This document shows, in pieces, positions 60,180-64,000 of a stretch of DNA of 64,000 nucleotides. The stretch's first letter is position 1. Each line of letters begins with the position of its first letter. Under the pieces are notes generated by a model, which saw only the letters and a list, made by a program, of their open reading frames with translations, searched no databases and was not told the DNA's origin. The position numbers and the translations under genes are program-made. Source of the stretch: Gemmatimonadales bacterium (GTDB lineage Bacteria > Gemmatimonadota > Gemmatimonadetes > Gemmatimonadales > GWC2-71-9); assembly GCA_037189525.1 (NCBI GenBank), contig JBBCJC010000002.1:64001-128000 (forward strand), written 5' to 3'.

Positions 60180-61000
60180 CGACGGGCGCCCGGATCGGCA
60201 CGGTCATCCTGGCCGTCTTCGCGGTCGGTGCGCTGCTAGCGCCCTGGCTGGCTCCGGTCGGTCCGTCCGACGTCACCGACGTGGTCGCCACCCGGTTCCT
60301 GGCACCATTGACCATCGACCAGTTCGGCGTCTTTCACTTGCTGGGCACCGACCGGCTCGGCCGCGACGTCTGGAGCCGCCTGGTCTACGGCGCCCGGATT
60401 TCCCTGCTGGTGGCGGCGCTGGCTACGGCAGTGTCGCTGGTGATTGGGATCATCATGGGCGGGCTTGCTGCGTTGTTGCGGGGTTGGCCGGCCAAGCTGG
60501 TCCTGGGCGTGACCGACTTTGCGCTGGCGCTGCCTCGCGTCGTCATTCTCCTGCTCCTCGCGGCTCTCTGGCAGCCCAGTGCCACGTTGGTCGTCGTCAC
60601 CCTCGGCCTGACCGGCTGGATGCCGATTGCCCGGCTGACCTACAGCGAAGCGCTGGTCCAGCTCCAGCGCCCCTATACGGAAGGCGCCCGGGCACTCGGC
60701 GCCAGCCGCGCACGCGTCTTTGCCCGTCACGTCCTTCCGAACGCCGCCTCACCGCTACTGGCCGCCGCCACACTCGGCATCGGCAACGCCATCACGCTCG
60801 AAGCCGGGCTCTCGTTCCTGGGGCTCGGCGTGCAGCCACCGGTCAGTTCGTGGGGGACCCTGATTGCCTCGGGACGGGATACCATCGTCAACGCCCCGTG
60901 GGTTGGGCTGGTGCCCGGAATCGCCCTGGTGACCGTGGTAGTTGCGGCAACCATGGTGGCCAATTGGCTCGAACTGGATCGCACTCGAGCCGCGTCCTAA
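60176..61000 (+). CDS. ABC permease DppC/OppC-like
   Basis: GTGA overlap; LGTDRLGRD, GARISL, GARALGA, HVLPN, LSFLGLG, SWG. Confidence 0.92.
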   Translation: MTTGARIGTVILAVFAVGALLAPWLAPVGPSDVTDVVATRFLAPLTIDQFGVFHLLGTDRLGRDVWSRLVYGARISLLVAALATAVSLVIGIIMGGLAALLRGWPAKLVLGVTDFALALPRVVILLLLAALWQPSATLVVVTLGLTGWMPIARLTYSEALVQLQRPYTEGARALGASRARVFARHVLPNAASPLLAAATLGIGNAITLEAGLSFLGLGVQPPVSSWGTLIASGRDTIVNAPWVGLVPGIALVTVVVAATMVANWLELDRTRAAS

Positions 61001-61107
61001 TTAGGCAGCCTCCGTTGTGTTAGGCTGAAACCCCGAGGCGCCGCAAGCTGCGATCGGCATGCGGTCGGTGTCGAACCCAAGCGAGACATCGCGATCAGTG
61101 TCCGACA

Positions 61108-61461
61108 TCAGGGCGATACGGGCCGCTCGCGAATCCGAACGAGGTCGACGATCGGCCCCACCATCCCGATCGAGACCATGTCATCCCGCTGGCGCCCCTC
61201 CGCTTCAACGGCCTTTCCGTCGACACGAAAGATGGCCGGGAGGTTGGTCGGGTTGTAGTTGGTCCCCTCGGCGCTGCTGATCACGTACAGGCCACCCTCC
61301 AAGTCCAGATGCCGGACCGTTCCGACGATCGTCACGGCCTGTCCGGTACCGTCCGGTGGCGGATCGATCACCACCCACTCCGCCAAGGGTGGCTTGGCAC
61401 TGCAGCCAGCTATCAGAGCCGCCATCGCGAGGGCGGCGATGCCCATCCGGATCTGCTGCAT
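61108..61461 (-). CDS. Small OB-fold-like lipoprotein
   Basis: Lipobox IAGC; GTVRHLDLEGG, NLP..F..DG..V, MVGP.V. Confidence 0.75.
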   Translation of the reverse strand: MQQIRMGIAALAMAALIAGCSAKPPLAEWVVIDPPPDGTGQAVTIVGTVRHLDLEGGLYVISSAEGTNYNPTNLPAIFRVDGKAVEAEGRQRDDMVSIGMVGPIVDLVRIRERPVSP

Positions 61462-61478
61462 CGTAGGTTCGATCCTTT

Positions 61479-61931
61479 CTATCGATTCGGCGGATGCGCA
61501 CCGGCGCCGGCCCACGGCGGTTGGTCCGCAGGCACCAGGCGCATTTCGACCGGCTCCCCGGGATTGTGCATCCTGATCCGGAATTCGTCGTGCGAGAGGC
61601 CCAGCACGTCCGTCGGATAGTCGATCCCCTCTTCGACGATGATCAGACGATGCCCGTCCAACCGCCACTGCCCGAACGCCGGCGTGGCATTCGCCGAGGT
61701 CATGACCAAGGTGCCGTCACCGAGAAATACCCGTACCGAGCCAAGTGCCACCTGCTTCGACTCGGCCACCTGCCAGACCCGATTGATGAAGGAGGGCGAC
61801 CCGGCGGGCTGAGTGGTCGGCGCAGCCGCAGCAACCGACCGGTCGATTTCCTGATCGGGCGTCCCGGCTGCGGAGCAACCGAAAGCGCCGGATAGAACGA
61901 TCAGCATGCAACCCGTCGGGACAATACGCAT
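61479..61931 (-). CDS. Hypothetical lipoprotein
   Basis: Lipobox AFGC; beta-rich mature region. Confidence 0.7.
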   Translation of the reverse strand: MRIVPTGCMLIVLSGAFGCSAAGTPDQEIDRSVAAAAPTTQPAGSPSFINRVWQVAESKQVALGSVRVFLGDGTLVMTSANATPAFGQWRLDGHRLIIVEEGIDYPTDVLGLSHDEFRIRMHNPGEPVEMRLVPADQPPWAGAGAHPPNR

Positions 61932-61964
61932 CAGATCACTCCAGTGCCGGTCTGCCTGCAGGCC

Positions 61965-62552
61965 TCATCGCCTGCGGGCGCCAGCCTTCCCTTGGGATAT
62001 CTCGCCATCACGGGTATTGCGCAAGGCACCGACGAGTTCCGGAGCCCGCTGTGCCGCATTCCGCGTCGCGACGGTGCATCCGGCTCGCACCATCGGCACA
62101 CTGAATCCGCGGGTACCCCCGCCGGGCCTCGGACCTTCGACCCGCGCCACGACCGAATCGGCGCCAACCCTCCGATAGGCAATCCGCTGCGGAAAATCAT
62201 GCTCGGGATTTTCGAAGACGAGCAACGTGTCCGACAGGTGTGCCGACGGAAAGGTCGTTTCACGCTGGCCTGACGGCGTGGCCACGTACAGCAACCGGGT
62301 GCCGTCAGCTCGAATCCGCAGATGTTCGAACGAGCGGGCAACACCGTCCACCACGGTCCGCCCGCCCCCGATCATGAGGCCGCCCGACGGCACCATCCAG
62401 GTTTCGGTGGTGACCCGGTTACCTGCCCGCGCTTCCCAACACCCGGCAAGCCATCCAAGCCGATCCAGCGGATCGGCTTGCGCATCCAGACGTCCGGCCG
62501 TCGAACCGACCACAACCACCATCGCCACTGCCCAACCAAGACGGTCAGTCAT
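61965..62552 (-). CDS. DUF6265-like secreted protein
   Basis: L.WLAGCW, E.W..P.GG.M.G, FENPEHDFPQRI.Y. Confidence 0.8.
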   Translation of the reverse strand: MTDRLGWAVAMVVVVGSTAGRLDAQADPLDRLGWLAGCWEARAGNRVTTETWMVPSGGLMIGGGRTVVDGVARSFEHLRIRADGTRLLYVATPSGQRETTFPSAHLSDTLLVFENPEHDFPQRIAYRRVGADSVVARVEGPRPGGGTRGFSVPMVRAGCTVATRNAAQRAPELVGALRNTRDGEISQGKAGARRR

Positions 62553-62635
62553 TGTCCACTCACATCGAAAGGTCGGGCATCATGGTATGACTCGAAACGG
62601 TCGCCGTCTTGCACAAACACGACATCACGATCGGT

Positions 62636-63445
62636 CTATCGGTCGTGCTCACCGATGAAAGAACGAGCCAGGTCCGATGCACCGCCGAAGAACTGCCGGG
62701 GAGACAGTCCGGCAAACCGGTGGAACTCGCGAATCAGGTGCGCCTGATCGTAGTAGCCACTCGCCGCAGCGATCCGACCGAAGCTGCCGTTCGCACCCTG
62801 CTGCAGCATCGCAAAGGCTCGCCGGAACCGAAGGACTCGCCGCAAGGGCGCCGGCGCCAGGCCCGTAGCACGCGCGAGCCGCCGTTCCAGGGTCCGCGGG
62901 CTGACACCCAGATTTCTGGCAAGCTGGGCAACGGTGGGCGCCCGGCTCTGATCGAGTGCCTGGATCGCCCCGGACGTCAACAGATCGGGCGTTACCCGCC
63001 AGGCGCGCACCAGGACCGCCGACAACGACGCGACCCGCGCATCCACATCCGAGGCGCCCTCCGCAGCAGCGGTCAATGCGGCGGCAAGGCGACGATCGCA
63101 ATCGGTCAATGCCTCGACCCGATCGGTGAGTTCAGCCAGTGGAATCCGAAGGAACGTGGCCGCCGCGGCCGTCCGGAACCGGATGCCGACGACATCGACG
63201 ACACCCGTCGATTGGAGATACAGCGGTGCCGTCATCTGCCCGGCAAGCAACGCGGACGCCTGACGCTCGACCGATCCGTCCGCCAGGCGTCGAAGAAAGG
63301 GGTCTGCGAGATGAAGGACGATTTCGAACCGCCCATCCGCCACCACGGGCTCAGGCAACCCATGACCGACCTCTCCGCGCAGGAACCAGAAGCAGCGGAT
63401 CAAGCCGTCGAGCGGAGGCGGAGCGGGGCGTTCAGTATAGTCCAT
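62636..63445 (-). CDS. AraC family regulator (DUF6597-like N-terminus)
   Basis: Y.E..P...L...I.CFW; SPRTLER; GYYDQAHLIREF.RFAGLSP. Confidence 0.92.
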   Translation of the reverse strand: MDYTERPAPPPLDGLIRCFWFLRGEVGHGLPEPVVADGRFEIVLHLADPFLRRLADGSVERQASALLAGQMTAPLYLQSTGVVDVVGIRFRTAAAATFLRIPLAELTDRVEALTDCDRRLAAALTAAAEGASDVDARVASLSAVLVRAWRVTPDLLTSGAIQALDQSRAPTVAQLARNLGVSPRTLERRLARATGLAPAPLRRVLRFRRAFAMLQQGANGSFGRIAAASGYYDQAHLIREFHRFAGLSPRQFFGGASDLARSFIGEHDR

Positions 63446-63483
63446 CGGCAGTGTACGCAGCAGGCGTTCGCATCGACTCGGCG

Positions 63484-64000
63484 CTATGATCCCGCACCTC
63501 GGGCCGTCCGATCCATCTTGTGCCTCCATTCGGCCGCCAGCGCGGGCTTACCCCAGGCCTGATACAGGTCGACGATGCGCTGCCGGACGTCGGCCACGAC
63601 TGGAGCAGCCTCACCGCGCAGTTCGATCATTCGGCGTTCGCTTGCCAGCAAGAGTTGTTCGGCCTCGGCATACCTCCCCGCACGTCCGAGGTGCTCGCCC
63701 ATGCTGCTTTCGCTCGACACGATCAGCCAGTGGCCCTCGGGAAGATGCGTTCTCCGGAGCGCCAGGCTCTCACGCAGCCAGCGCTCACCCGCCGCGAGCG
63801 AGTCGAGCCGGTCGAGCGCGCGCCCCAGAACGCCCATCGATGCCGCCACCATCGGGTGCGCATCGCCGAGCGACCGGTCGCGCAGGGCAATCACCTCGCG
63901 AGCGTGGGTGGCGGCTTCGGAATACCGCTCGGCGCGGAAGAGGAAATCGGCGTAGTTGTACAGCGTCCAGGCATACTCGGGGTGCTCGGTGCCAAGCAAC
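63484..64000 (-). CDS. TPR-repeat C-terminus, probably of a second Ser/Thr kinase (partial)
   Basis: LGTEHPEYAWTL.NY, HPMVA, LPEGHW.I.SS closely parallel the C-terminus of the 21480-23957 kinase. Confidence 0.8.
   Translation of the reverse strand, partial: LLGTEHPEYAWTLYNYADFLFRAERYSEAATHAREVIALRDRSLGDAHPMVAASMGVLGRALDRLDSLAAGERWLRESLALRRTHLPEGHWLIVSSESSMGEHLGRAGRYAEAEQLLLASERRMIELRGEAAPVVADVRQRIVDLYQAWGKPALAAEWRHKMDRTARGAGS

Noticed and set aside
60996..61030. GTTAGGC/TTAGGC motifs resembling integron attC core sites
   Set aside because: No matching RYYYAAC...GTTRRRY pair with an internal palindrome of suitable length and no integrase. A simple cagcct/aggctg hairpin between convergent genes explains it.
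1..64000. Numerous long antisense or alternate-frame ORFs (e.g. 2041-3396, 9402-10970, 25151-26965, 31717-33075)
   Set aside because: Shadow ORFs of high-GC genes: Arg/Pro/Ala-rich, no motifs, fully overlapping well-supported CDS.
1..64000. CRISPR array, tRNA, rRNA, IS or prophage genes
   Set aside because: No regularly spaced repeats, cloverleaf signatures or mobility genes seen by eye; a formal scan was not possible.

Overview
High-GC bacterial chromosomal window, densely coding (about 55 CDS). Gene content (many lipoproteins, S9 peptidases, amidohydrolases, a kinase-coupled ECF sigma factor, SWIB protein) suggests Gemmatimonadota, but that is inference only. I found no rRNA, tRNA, CRISPR array, transposase or integrase. 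Recognisable genes include crtB, coaA, paaK, ggt, a short rho homologue, a deoxyhypusine-synthase-like gene, a GldA/GldF-GldG/DUF4340-type ABC system, an ECF-kinase-FHA-PP2C signalling operon and an uncharacterised ~12 kb sugar/amino-sugar-type cluster (49.2-61.0 kb). The most striking feature is absent from the ORF track: a ~200 nt leader upstream of the MATE efflux gene (35527-35740, minus strand). It has a strong AAGGAG RBS and an ATG whose frame runs through two UGA codons, an xAPP arrest-like motif and an RBS-occluding hairpin, then continues in frame into the MATE start. It is a candidate stop-codon-readthrough/ribosome-stalling sensor. All product calls come from motif recognition by eye, not database searches. 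Several starts were moved from the ORF track to more plausible codons.
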